Origin: an uncultured virus (IMG/VR IMGVR_UViG_3300028805_000054)
Lineage: Duplodnaviria > Heunggongvirae > Uroviricota > Caudoviricetes
Virus record (IMG/VR): IMGVR_UViG_3300028805_000054
Strand: one strand, 5' to 3'
Length of the DNA stretch: 64,000 nucleotides
Each line of letters opens with the position of its first letter. Positions within the stretch are counted from its first letter, which is position 1. Shown piece after piece: positions 10,019 to 18,003 of the stretch. The notes under the pieces were generated by a model that did no database searches, was not told the DNA's origin, and saw nothing but the letters and a program-made list of their open reading frames with translations. The position numbers and the translations under genes are program-made.

Positions 10019-10218
10019 TAATTCCAATTTTAATTACAACTTATTTAGTCTGTGGGGCTATTTTTGAAGTGCTTTCAGAGGATAGCCAGCCAAATGTTAT
10101 AAAAAATAGTAGGATACTAAGGTTAATCACAATAATAGTAGCATTCTTTTTGTGGCTTCCTTGGCTCATAATTAATATGTGTTTTCCAAAAAGAGATATT
10201 TGGTTTAAGAAGAAATGA
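10015..10218 (+). CDS. small membrane protein
   Basis: Two hydrophobic segments; ATGA overlap. Confidence 0.6.
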   Translation: MIIPILITTYLVCGAIFEVLSEDSQPNVIKNSRILRLITIIVAFFLWLPWLIINMCFPKRDIWFKKK

Positions 10219-10451
10219 ATAGCATAGAAGAATATAAGGTGAACTTTGAGGTTGAAATTATTAAAGCAAGAAATTCAGAAACTATTGAAGAAGCTGTAAA
10301 ACATCTAAAGGAAGCTAGATATTGGATAGGGGAGATTGAGAAAGCCATACCAGAGATGAAACAGATCGAACATGACTTAACTCAGGATCTCTATAATCGC
10401 CTGAAACCTAGCGAAAAACCTTATGTAAAAACGATTAAGTTTAGAAAATGA
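10215..10451 (+). CDS. hypothetical protein
   Basis: ATGA overlaps. Confidence 0.65.
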   Translation: MNSIEEYKVNFEVEIIKARNSETIEEAVKHLKEARYWIGEIEKAIPEMKQIEHDLTQDLYNRLKPSEKPYVKTIKFRK

Positions 10452-10639
10452 TAGATAACTTAATTCTTGAAAATCTAAACAATAAATTTACAAGAGAATT
10501 GGCTAAAGGAGATCTGGTAGAAGCGGAAAAAGTTGTGAAAAGGTTGGAAGATCTATACCACCAACACACCAATGATTCCTTAGGCACTACGATCTACTTT
10601 ACGATAAGAGGTATGAAAACGTTGCTAAAGAACCAATGA
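10448..10639 (+). CDS. hypothetical protein
   Basis: ATGA overlaps. Confidence 0.6.
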   Translation: MIDNLILENLNNKFTRELAKGDLVEAEKVVKRLEDLYHQHTNDSLGTTIYFTIRGMKTLLKNQ

Positions 10640-11226
10640 AAACTATATATCCAAACGAGAAGGTGAAATTGACTAGGGGAGGAAGAAATGCTGACAAAAT
10701 AACAGTCACAGAATTCAAGAACCTAATCAAAGCAATCTATGAGAAACTGAAGAGCAAGGATAATGAACTGGAAGACTATGAATGGAATAGCCCGGCATGG
10801 ATATTCTATTTCTGTGATCGCCTCCCTAAAATTGCCAAAGACTTAAAGATTGATTTTGACTTTGAGAATATCCTTGTCTACCAAAATAAAGAATATAGTT
10901 TCAAGGAGTCAGATATTAAGATCACCCGAGGAGGAACACCATATCTAGAACTTTGGTGTGGTGGAGATTGGGAGAAAGGATTAATTGTCTATCTTTACCC
11001 TTCCGATAACACCCTGAGAGCCTATATTCCGACTAAAGGAAATAATGTCAGGAAAGATCTTAAGTGTGTATTTGGTGGGGAATCAGAAATGTACTCGGAT
11101 GTCTCTCGTCTTGCATACCTGAAGAAATATGCGAAGGAAAGTTTAGACGGAGAGGGAATAGACACGAAAGAGAATCCTGACTGGTGTTTGGAAGATTTTG
11201 AAACAAGATTAGGAGAAACATTATGA
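10636..11226 (+). CDS. hypothetical phage protein
   Basis: GGDWE...LRAYIPTKGN motif. Confidence 0.7.
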   Translation: MKTIYPNEKVKLTRGGRNADKITVTEFKNLIKAIYEKLKSKDNELEDYEWNSPAWIFYFCDRLPKIAKDLKIDFDFENILVYQNKEYSFKESDIKITRGGTPYLELWCGGDWEKGLIVYLYPSDNTLRAYIPTKGNNVRKDLKCVFGGESEMYSDVSRLAYLKKYAKESLDGEGIDTKENPDWCLEDFETRLGETL

Positions 11227-11486
11227 GTAACAAAACAGACCTAGAGCTAATCCCGGAAGTTGCAAAGCTAAGGGAACTAATGAGAGGAACGAGATTAAGG
11301 GAAGGGAAGTTAGTGGTGAAAGATTTGCCAGCTTACGTGAATTCTTTGAAGAGCGTTATCCCAATCTACCAAGAACTGAAGGACCGAGAACATTATAAGA
11401 ATACAGCTAGATATGTAGGATTTAAATTAGAAATGATTACAGAAGTTTTAAAGAATAATTATGGAATCGAACTGGAGGAAAAATAA
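11223..11486 (+). CDS. hypothetical protein
   Basis: Operon ORF. Confidence 0.6.
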   Translation: MSNKTDLELIPEVAKLRELMRGTRLREGKLVVKDLPAYVNSLKSVIPIYQELKDREHYKNTARYVGFKLEMITEVLKNNYGIELEEK

Positions 11487-12066
11487 ACCATACCTTGCCT
11501 TTAACCCGTCAGAAACAAAAAAGACTGGAGATGGATATGGTTGGTTAGTGTCGAAAGAAGATTGTAGAACTTTGTATGACGGTAGATATTGTGCTGTCTC
11601 TGGATTCTTCTATGCGGTAGTTAATGGTCAATATTCTGTGTTAGCCGAAAAACGTGGGGAAGGAACGCCAGATTTTCAAGGATGTTGGTGTTGTCCCTGT
11701 GGTTTCTTGGAAGGTGATGAAAATGCTAAAGAAGGAATCAAACGAGAAACTTACGAAGAATGTGGAGTAGAAATAGGGTATGATAAGATTAAATTTGTAG
11801 AAGCTGAAACTGAACCTGCCCTCTGTAATAATGGAAATGTAACTCTAAGACACACCGGATTTTTAGGGAAGCAACCGAAGATAGAGAGACCTGACCTATT
11901 AGAAACGGAAGAACGAGGAGGAGAGAAGAAAGAAGTTGCGGAAGTAGCCTGGATTCCTATCTCCCATGTCAATCGTTATGAGTGGGCTTTCGGACATGGA
12001 GAGGTGATTAAAGAATATGCTGAGAATCGTTTTTGGAGGTGGATCTTAGAATTACTGTACAGATGA
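11461..12066 (+). CDS. Nudix hydrolase (ADP-ribose pyrophosphatase-like)
   Basis: Nudix box GFLEGDENAKEGIKRETYEECGV; C-terminal WAFGH. Confidence 0.85.
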   Translation: MESNWRKNKPYLAFNPSETKKTGDGYGWLVSKEDCRTLYDGRYCAVSGFFYAVVNGQYSVLAEKRGEGTPDFQGCWCCPCGFLEGDENAKEGIKRETYEECGVEIGYDKIKFVEAETEPALCNNGNVTLRHTGFLGKQPKIERPDLLETEERGGEKKEVAEVAWIPISHVNRYEWAFGHGEVIKEYAENRFWRWILELLYR

Positions 12067-12247
12067 TTAACCCATATTATTACGTCAAGGAGAAAGGGAG
12101 ATTGATTCTGAAGATAAACTTTTTTGAATGGATCGAACGAGTGAGAGAAGAGCATAAGAAATAATAAACTTTTGAAGGAGATTGATGAGAAGTAGCTCTA
12201 AGTAATTTTTATAATTACATTAGTTACGGTCAATCTCTTTTTTTTTA

Positions 12248-12464
12248 TTCCACCGTATTCTTCCCCCCGTATTTTCAACCAGCATAAATAAAAACACAAG
12301 ATAAAATACGGCCGTTAAGATTCTTGTGTAAGGATTTGCTGGAGTAATATTGGGAGGAGATTTAAGGTTGAAAAATTACGGCCAAGTTATTTTTATAATA
12401 ACGATAAAAAACCCAACCTTATCATAACTCCCAATTATATTATCACGGAGGATTAACGGTGGAA
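12248..12464. repeat. Branched ladder element 3 (between convergent terminators)
   Basis: ttccaccgt/acggtggaa; ccagca/tgctgg; acacaaga-(acggccgt)-tcttgtgt; attgggag/ctcccaat; taaggttg/caacctta. Confidence 0.9.
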
Positions 12465-12508
12465 ACATGAGTGATCACTGAAATTTATGGTATTGTCCGG
12501 AGTGTGAG

Positions 12509-12541
12509 AAAAAAAAAAGAGTAACTATTAAAGCCACTCTT
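12509..12541 (-). terminator. Intrinsic terminator
   Basis: Minus-strand AAGAGTGGC..GTTACTCTT stem with G-U pairs, then a long U tract. Confidence 0.7.
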
Positions 12542-12651
12542 GTCTATCCGGAATCCTAGCCAAAACTTTCATCCTGATTATTCCTCTCTTATTCCCGGTC
12601 TTAAGATATATCAACATAATCTTTTTGTTAATATTAATAATTCAATCATAT

Positions 12652-12972
12652 TCATGCCTTATGTTGCGTTTCGTTAAATTTAATATTTGCTTTACTCACG
12701 ATTCGTATCTTACGAATAGGTACAAGACTAAGTTCACGAAGATTAACCTTAAACTTTTCCTTCACAAACTCTCTGATTGAGTAAGAAGCTTCCAACATTT
12801 TACATTCAGAGCGACAATCTGTATTATACATACAATTCCCACACTGATGAAATTTCCACTCATTCACATCAACTACCAGAGTATATAAGATAGGTCGTTT
12901 ATGAGATTTGGCCACATCTACAATAATCTGTCGTTCCCCTGCTTCTCTTTCTCTAACTCTCAAAAATTTCAT
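12652..12972 (-). CDS. hypothetical protein with Cys cluster
   Basis: CGNC...C...C. Confidence 0.65.
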   Translation of the reverse strand: MKFLRVREREAGERQIIVDVAKSHKRPILYTLVVDVNEWKFHQCGNCMYNTDCRSECKMLEASYSIREFVKEKFKVNLRELSLVPIRKIRIVSKANIKFNETQHKA

Positions 12973-13303
12973 CTAGTTCTGCATCCTCTAAGCCTAATTC
13001 CTTCATTACTCTCTCTATAGCCTCATCTTCTAATCGGCTTGGTAAAACATAATCTTCTCCATCCCACCACCATACTGAAGGCTGGCCAAACAGGGAGGTC
13101 ATTAATTCAGGAGTTTCACACAGACTCAGAAAATTTTGTCGGATAAGGAGAATAATGTTGAATATTCTTTTCTTTCCTGGCCATAGCGTTTCTTTGAATA
13201 TCTTGACCAGTACCTCAACAAATCTGCTCAATATCTCCTCTCTCTCCATCCACCAAATATCCTCTTCTACGTTATAATTCATCCATATTTTGTTTTTATT
13301 CAC
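12953..13303 (-). CDS. hypothetical protein
   Basis: Follows promoter motif 13303-13313; exact start uncertain. Confidence 0.65.
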   Translation of the reverse strand: MNKNKIWMNYNVEEDIWWMEREEILSRFVEVLVKIFKETLWPGKKRIFNIILLIRQNFLSLCETPELMTSLFGQPSVWWWDGEDYVLPSRLEDEAIERVMKELGLEDAELDEIFES

Positions 13304-13316
13304 ACATATAAGGATT

Positions 13317-13471
13317 CCGCCGTATCCTCTTCCTTCCGTAATAAAAAAATAAACAGGGATCTTCTTTGCGTACGCCTGATTTTTCCTGTTTGATTAGTTC
13401 CCAGCATAAAGAAAAACGGCCGTAAAGAAATATGCTGGGGAAGAGAAACGGAAGATTTTATGAGACGGCGG
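13317..13471. repeat. Branched ladder element 4 (intergenic)
   Basis: ccgccgt/acggcgg; cttccgt/acggaag; aaacagg-(gcgtacgc)-cctgttt; cccagcata-(acggccgt)-tatgctggg. Confidence 0.92.
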
Positions 13472-13503
13472 GAAATAAAAAAGAGCAACTATTAAAGTCA
13501 CTC

Positions 13504-13956
13504 TTAATCATTGAAACCAGCTAAGTCCTCTTCTCCTTCTTCCCATCCATCATCTCCTACCTCAATTAGCTTGGTGAAACAGAAATAAGCGATTGTATTT
13601 CCGGGTTTATACTTTAGCTCCGTTTTCCCTAAGTTGATGATATGGATAAAAACCTGCGATCTATCTACTACCACCGACATATGAAGGATTGGATGGGTTT
13701 CACTGAGTTTTCCATTCCACATTTCCATAACATCACTTCCCTTATTCGGATATGTATGATGAATGGGTATAATAATGAAATCTTTAAAAAGTCTAGGAAA
13801 ATGAAGGCCGGTAGGAATTAGGGTATCATCTCCAGGCATTAACACACATTCAGGCAATCCATAAGGCATATAAATCTTGAGGGCATTTGTTCCAGTATCT
13901 TCCTCCGGGCCCTTAACACTCCAATTATCTAAGATTTCATATTTCACTCGTCTCAT
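13504..13956 (-). CDS. Degenerate trimeric dUTPase-like protein
   Basis: LMPGDDTLIPTGL, IHIINLG and KPGNTIA resemble the dUTPase scaffold; catalytic RSG and GxID motifs absent. Confidence 0.55.
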   Translation of the reverse strand: MRRVKYEILDNWSVKGPEEDTGTNALKIYMPYGLPECVLMPGDDTLIPTGLHFPRLFKDFIIIPIHHTYPNKGSDVMEMWNGKLSETHPILHMSVVVDRSQVFIHIINLGKTELKYKPGNTIAYFCFTKLIEVGDDGWEEGEEDLAGFND

Positions 13957-13982
13957 ATCTCTCCGTAAAATTAAAAATTTTA

Positions 13983-14405
13983 CTAACGTTCAATGTTTTC
14001 CTCAAGATTTCTTCCTTCGTCAGACAATCTTTCGTTCACGGCTTTTCTTCGTCTTTCTAATGTCCAACCACTTCCGAATTCTAGATCAAAAGGTATTCTC
14101 TTCTTTGTCTTCACCCAACCTTCCAAATATTTCTCTTCTCGACGTTTCCAAGGCCAACCAACTCTCCGAACTTGAATTTCTTTTTCCTCTGGCTCGTTTT
14201 CCCAATAGCCATAAGGAGTTCTGTGGGTATAGAGATCATAAACGATTTCAGTTCCGGTTATCCTTAGTGTTCCATTCTCTCCAGTCACCACCTTAACATT
14301 CTCTAAAAAATGGCCACCAAAAACCTGGAAGGAATAGATCGGATTATTAAACACTACCGCATCCTTATCCCTTACATAACCAAATTTATATTCTTCTGTT
14401 TTCAT
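13983..14405 (-). CDS. hypothetical protein
   Basis: Operon ORF. Confidence 0.65.
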   Translation of the reverse strand: MKTEEYKFGYVRDKDAVVFNNPIYSFQVFGGHFLENVKVVTGENGTLRITGTEIVYDLYTHRTPYGYWENEPEEKEIQVRRVGWPWKRREEKYLEGWVKTKKRIPFDLEFGSGWTLERRRKAVNERLSDEGRNLEENIER

Positions 14406-14965
14406 TTTGTCTTCTTGTATAAAACTTCTTTCGGATCTTCCTTGAATAAAATCATCATAGCCTTCTTTATCTTTCCGGGAGTTATAATAATTGATCTCCC
14501 ATTGAACATTCTATGCGTGTAACCTGTCCCTCTATTCCTGCACTCTTTTTTAATAGCATGATAGAAAGAAACTAAGCGGTCAATATTAGAAAACCCAGAC
14601 GTAAAATATTCTTTCTCCATGCTGGTTAAGTCAAAAATAGAATAACCAAAGAACATTAATAAATCTGAACGTGCATCATCAACTGGGTTTCCACGTCTTA
14701 GAAAACTTACCATCTTTTCTTCATCTACCTCCTTCCATTCAAGATTATTATCAACAATTCTATCTGAAGGAACTGAGTAAATCTTCTTTGTAACAATCGG
14801 CCAGTTATTTCTCATTAAGATTCTCTCTAATCCTATTCTCTTATTACCCTTCTCTACAGTATCGGTTAGGTAAAATTGTGAGAGACCTTCCACTGTTTCT
14901 AGTTTATAATATATCCTTAATTTTCCGTAAATCTTTATTACTGCATACCAATATCTTTTCTTCAT
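14402..14965 (-). CDS. hypothetical protein
   Basis: Downstream of promoter motif 14987-14997. Confidence 0.7.
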   Translation of the reverse strand: MKKRYWYAVIKIYGKLRIYYKLETVEGLSQFYLTDTVEKGNKRIGLERILMRNNWPIVTKKIYSVPSDRIVDNNLEWKEVDEEKMVSFLRRGNPVDDARSDLLMFFGYSIFDLTSMEKEYFTSGFSNIDRLVSFYHAIKKECRNRGTGYTHRMFNGRSIIITPGKIKKAMMILFKEDPKEVLYKKTK

Positions 14966-14986
14966 CGAGTAATATTCTTCTTATTA

Positions 14987-15033
14987 CACATATAAGGAAA
15001 TAAACGTTCCTTTTTCTAAAAACCTTATAAATA
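14987..15033. promoter_or_regulatory. Back-to-back promoter motifs (14987-14997 minus; 15023-15033 plus)
   Basis: cacatataagg / ccttataaata. Confidence 0.7.
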
Positions 15034-15034
15034 G

Positions 15035-15304
15035 ATGATAGTAGTTGAATGGAATGTTACGAGATTGTTCACTGGGGATCATTATGTTATTAGGTTTTGG
15101 ATTTACGACGAGGAGGAGAGGTCATATCATTGGAAGCAGCGGGAAATCAAGTCTATACATAAGTTGAGGGATCCTAAGCGTTTATTTCTAAGATATCCTG
15201 AGTATCCTTCTTGGAGTTCTCACCTAAGTTATACAAAGGATTATAAAGAGTTTGAGGTAACACGGACTGAATTAGAGAAGGGATTTCCAGGGATTGATTT
15301 ATGA
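15035..15304 (+). CDS. hypothetical protein
   Basis: Starts immediately after the promoter motif. Confidence 0.6.
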   Translation: MIVVEWNVTRLFTGDHYVIRFWIYDEEERSYHWKQREIKSIHKLRDPKRLFLRYPEYPSWSSHLSYTKDYKEFEVTRTELEKGFPGIDL

Positions 15305-15552
15305 TTATTAAGTCGGGAAGTAAGTGGTTATGTTTAGAGGATGTTAGGATGAATGTTGGATTTCTCTGGATAACTTATAAGAAGGGTAAAGTTTATGTAA
15401 GTGAGAATGATTCTTGTATAACTGATGAGAATTCTAACAAAGATCATAGATGGACAGATGAAGAGAAAATTAAGAGATATTTTAAATTTTTGCCGAAGAA
15501 TAAAGGATTTACCATTTACCGCGCGATCCGTCAATCCTCTTCGAGAGATTGA
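15301..15552 (+). CDS. hypothetical protein
   Basis: ATGA overlap. Confidence 0.6.
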   Translation: MIIKSGSKWLCLEDVRMNVGFLWITYKKGKVYVSENDSCITDENSNKDHRWTDEEKIKRYFKFLPKNKGFTIYRAIRQSSSRD

Positions 15553-15756
15553 CTTTAACAGAGCGAAGAATAGTCCAGCATAATCGTTTCTCGCTTATTT
15601 TTTTTGCTCCGCTGATTAATAAAGCGAGGGTAGGGGATGCTGGGAATAATGTGAAGGCGGAGAAAATCAAGTCGGAGTTTTTACGGCCGTCATTATTTTC
15701 CGACTTTAAAGATCCCGCCTCTGATTGTGTCTGCTCTGTGATTAAGTTCGCGCGGT
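15518..15756. repeat. Branched ladder element 5
   Basis: accgcgcga/tcgcgcggt; acagagc/gctctgt; ccagcat/atgctgg; ctcgctt/aagcgag; aggcgg/ccgcct; aagtcgga-(acggccgt)-tccgactt. Confidence 0.92.
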
Positions 15757-15814
15757 GTCAAAAATAAAATAAAAGAAAAGACTAGAATCGCTCCTAATCT
15801 TCTCTCTTTTTTTT

Positions 15815-16165
15815 TTAGATTTTTGTTTTAGCCCAGTCATAGATCGTCTTGAAAGCTTCCTGATAATCTTTTGTCATCCAATGTTTCTGCTTTATGATTT
15901 CCAGTGCTTTCTCAATCTCTTCATTACCTTTCGCTTCTTTCCGGGCTAACTCTATAATTTCTAGGGATCGGGTTTGGCATTCTTTTGTTAGCCACCATCC
16001 CTTATTCTCCAATGACGCTCCAAGGATTTCCATATCTTCCTTCAAACGTTCACCTTGTTTTTTCTTGTCCTTCACCTTAACCAGATGATAAAGGACTCCA
16101 GTTACGATAGTGGTTACAGCTGCTACGCCAACACCACCAATCATCCATAAATTTTTGTTGTTCAT
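15815..16165 (-). CDS. membrane-anchored hypothetical protein
   Basis: N-terminal TM helix; promoter motif at 16213-16223. Confidence 0.7.
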   Translation of the reverse strand: MNNKNLWMIGGVGVAAVTTIVTGVLYHLVKVKDKKKQGERLKEDMEILGASLENKGWWLTKECQTRSLEIIELARKEAKGNEEIEKALEIIKQKHWMTKDYQEAFKTIYDWAKTKI

Positions 16166-16253
16166 TTGACTTGTTTGTTTTTTTATTATTGAGAACTGTA
16201 TAAATTCTCTTCTATATATAAGGGTTTGAGACGAATGTAGGCGGTTAAAAAAT

Positions 16254-16511
16254 TTATTCTTCCTTCATTGATTGTTTTAAATTCTTTATTAACAGTAAAT
16301 TATCACAACCAAAATTTCCACCTCTATCATCCCATAATGGAATATTTTCTTCTTTAGAAAGAAATTCAACAACCTTTTCTAACATTTCTTCCCTTCCAAT
16401 CTCCACAGCCTTTCTTGCTTGGTCAGGGGTTAGCCAAGGAATATAATCAAATCCATCCTCATTGCTAAATTGATTCGTATTCTTTCTGATATACTCTTCT
16501 GCCTTACTCAT
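16254..16511 (-). CDS. hypothetical protein
   Basis: Start at MSKAEE overlaps the upstream stop. Confidence 0.6.
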   Translation of the reverse strand: MSKAEEYIRKNTNQFSNEDGFDYIPWLTPDQARKAVEIGREEMLEKVVEFLSKEENIPLWDDRGGNFGCDNLLLIKNLKQSMKEE

Positions 16512-17028
16512 ATTTCTGTGCTTTAAGTCCAAGTTCAAAGAAATGCTTGGCGGTTTCTTTTATATAGTCTATCTCCTCTTCATCATTTGGTAAACCTTCA
16601 AACAGCCAATCTGAAATACTTTTTTCCAAATCCACCTCTTTCAATTTAAGGTTTTGTTTTTCTATATCTTCAATAATAGATGATGTTAATTCTTTATATT
16701 TAACACCAGACTTAAAACCATATTTGTATGCAGTTTCTATTTGCTTGTCACTTCTGAAATCATCACCATGATTCTCGTGGTAGGTAAAAGATTGAACTAT
16801 TGCCTCTTCTAAATCTTCACTTACAGGCTCTTCTTTTATATAGTTATTATTCTTTTTCAGGGTGTTTATAACTCTTTCTGTAATAATCCTGTAATATTCA
16901 TTGGAATCAATACCATCTTCCTCCAATCCGCTATATTCACCACCATGTTCATTAAGTAGCCTATCTTCTTCAAACAATGTAAGATGCACAATATGGTCTA
17001 TAAAATCGTATTTCTCTTTGTCTGTCAT
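16504..17028 (-). CDS. hypothetical protein
   Basis: EEPVSEDLEEA and AKHFFELGLKA motifs typical of mosaic accessory phage proteins. Confidence 0.7.
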   Translation of the reverse strand: MTDKEKYDFIDHIVHLTLFEEDRLLNEHGGEYSGLEEDGIDSNEYYRIITERVINTLKKNNNYIKEEPVSEDLEEAIVQSFTYHENHGDDFRSDKQIETAYKYGFKSGVKYKELTSSIIEDIEKQNLKLKEVDLEKSISDWLFEGLPNDEEEIDYIKETAKHFFELGLKAQKYE

Positions 17029-17030
17029 AG

Positions 17031-17465
17031 TTATTCTCCTTTCTGTGATTTAAGTAAAAGTTCTTCACTAAACTCTGGTATAGGTCTCCATGCAATTATC
17101 CCATGAACAAGTTGCCCTGTACAGCCACCTTTTTGTTCAGACATCCATTTACCATTCTTTGTAAAATCTACTCTACATCCATATGAGGAATCCCATGCAA
17201 GAACCAAATCACTTTCTGTCCATTCACGATGTCCTTGTAAAGTGTCTGATGTTTGCTTTGTTTCTTGTGGCATTTGCTTTGTGCAATCAATCCAACCGTT
17301 GTTATATAAGTCCATCTCTTTCACTTCAAGGCTGTCGATGAAAGATTTTAATCCGAATAAGGCTATTACAATATCAGAATTAGAATTTCCTGATTCTTCT
17401 GTAAAAAATTGGATTCTTCTTTCTATCTCTGCTACTACAGCGGCTTTCAATATATACTGTTCCAT
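17031..17465 (-). CDS. hypothetical protein (DUF551-like C-terminus)
   Basis: WIDC...IIAWRPIPE. Confidence 0.65.
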   Translation of the reverse strand: MEQYILKAAVVAEIERRIQFFTEESGNSNSDIVIALFGLKSFIDSLEVKEMDLYNNGWIDCTKQMPQETKQTSDTLQGHREWTESDLVLAWDSSYGCRVDFTKNGKWMSEQKGGCTGQLVHGIIAWRPIPEFSEELLLKSQKGE

Positions 17466-17644
17466 ATTTATTATGTTTTAATTCTTCCATTAGATAGCAT
17501 ATATTGTTCATATTGTTTGTCATCGCCATTTGGAAATTCTTTGTGAAATTTGATTGTTAATTTACAACCATTAGTATCACCTGATCCATAATAGGGACAT
17601 CCATAACAATTATCATCCATTTTTAGATTACAATGTGCCATATC

Positions 17645-17914
17645 TTACTCTCCTTTCATATACTTTTTGAAATCTTCAACACAATCTTCTGTTCTATCAA
17701 ATTGAGCCAAAATTCCTTCAGCAAATTCTCCAGCATATTGATAGAAATTTTTATTCATCCAACACTCAAGTTTCTCAATAAAGACATCAGTGCGGATGTA
17801 TTCAATGTCTGTATCTTGTGTACTGACTTCATGCCAATGCTCACTTAATTGTTCGTTTTCTGGCAATGCTTCTATGTCAAAGTTAGATATATAAATCTTC
17901 TCTGGTACTTTCAT
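17645..17914 (-). CDS. hypothetical protein
   Basis: PEKIYI...DIEYIRTD motif. Confidence 0.65.
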   Translation of the reverse strand: MKVPEKIYISNFDIEALPENEQLSEHWHEVSTQDTDIEYIRTDVFIEKLECWMNKNFYQYAGEFAEGILAQFDRTEDCVEDFKKYMKGE

Positions 17915-18003
17915 AACTTTATTCTTTTAGTTTCTTGTTATTAATCCTAATAGCATACCAAAAAGTAATGCTAATATCAATATCTCTGGTGGTACGTGCA
18001 TAA

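Noticed and set aside
13300..13488. Track ORFs lying over intergenic ladders (13300..13488, 15549..15767, 20147..20368, 24481..24741, 30658..30843, and the 6286-6513 extension)
   Set aside because: They coincide with structured non-coding elements, promoters or terminators and have atypical composition.
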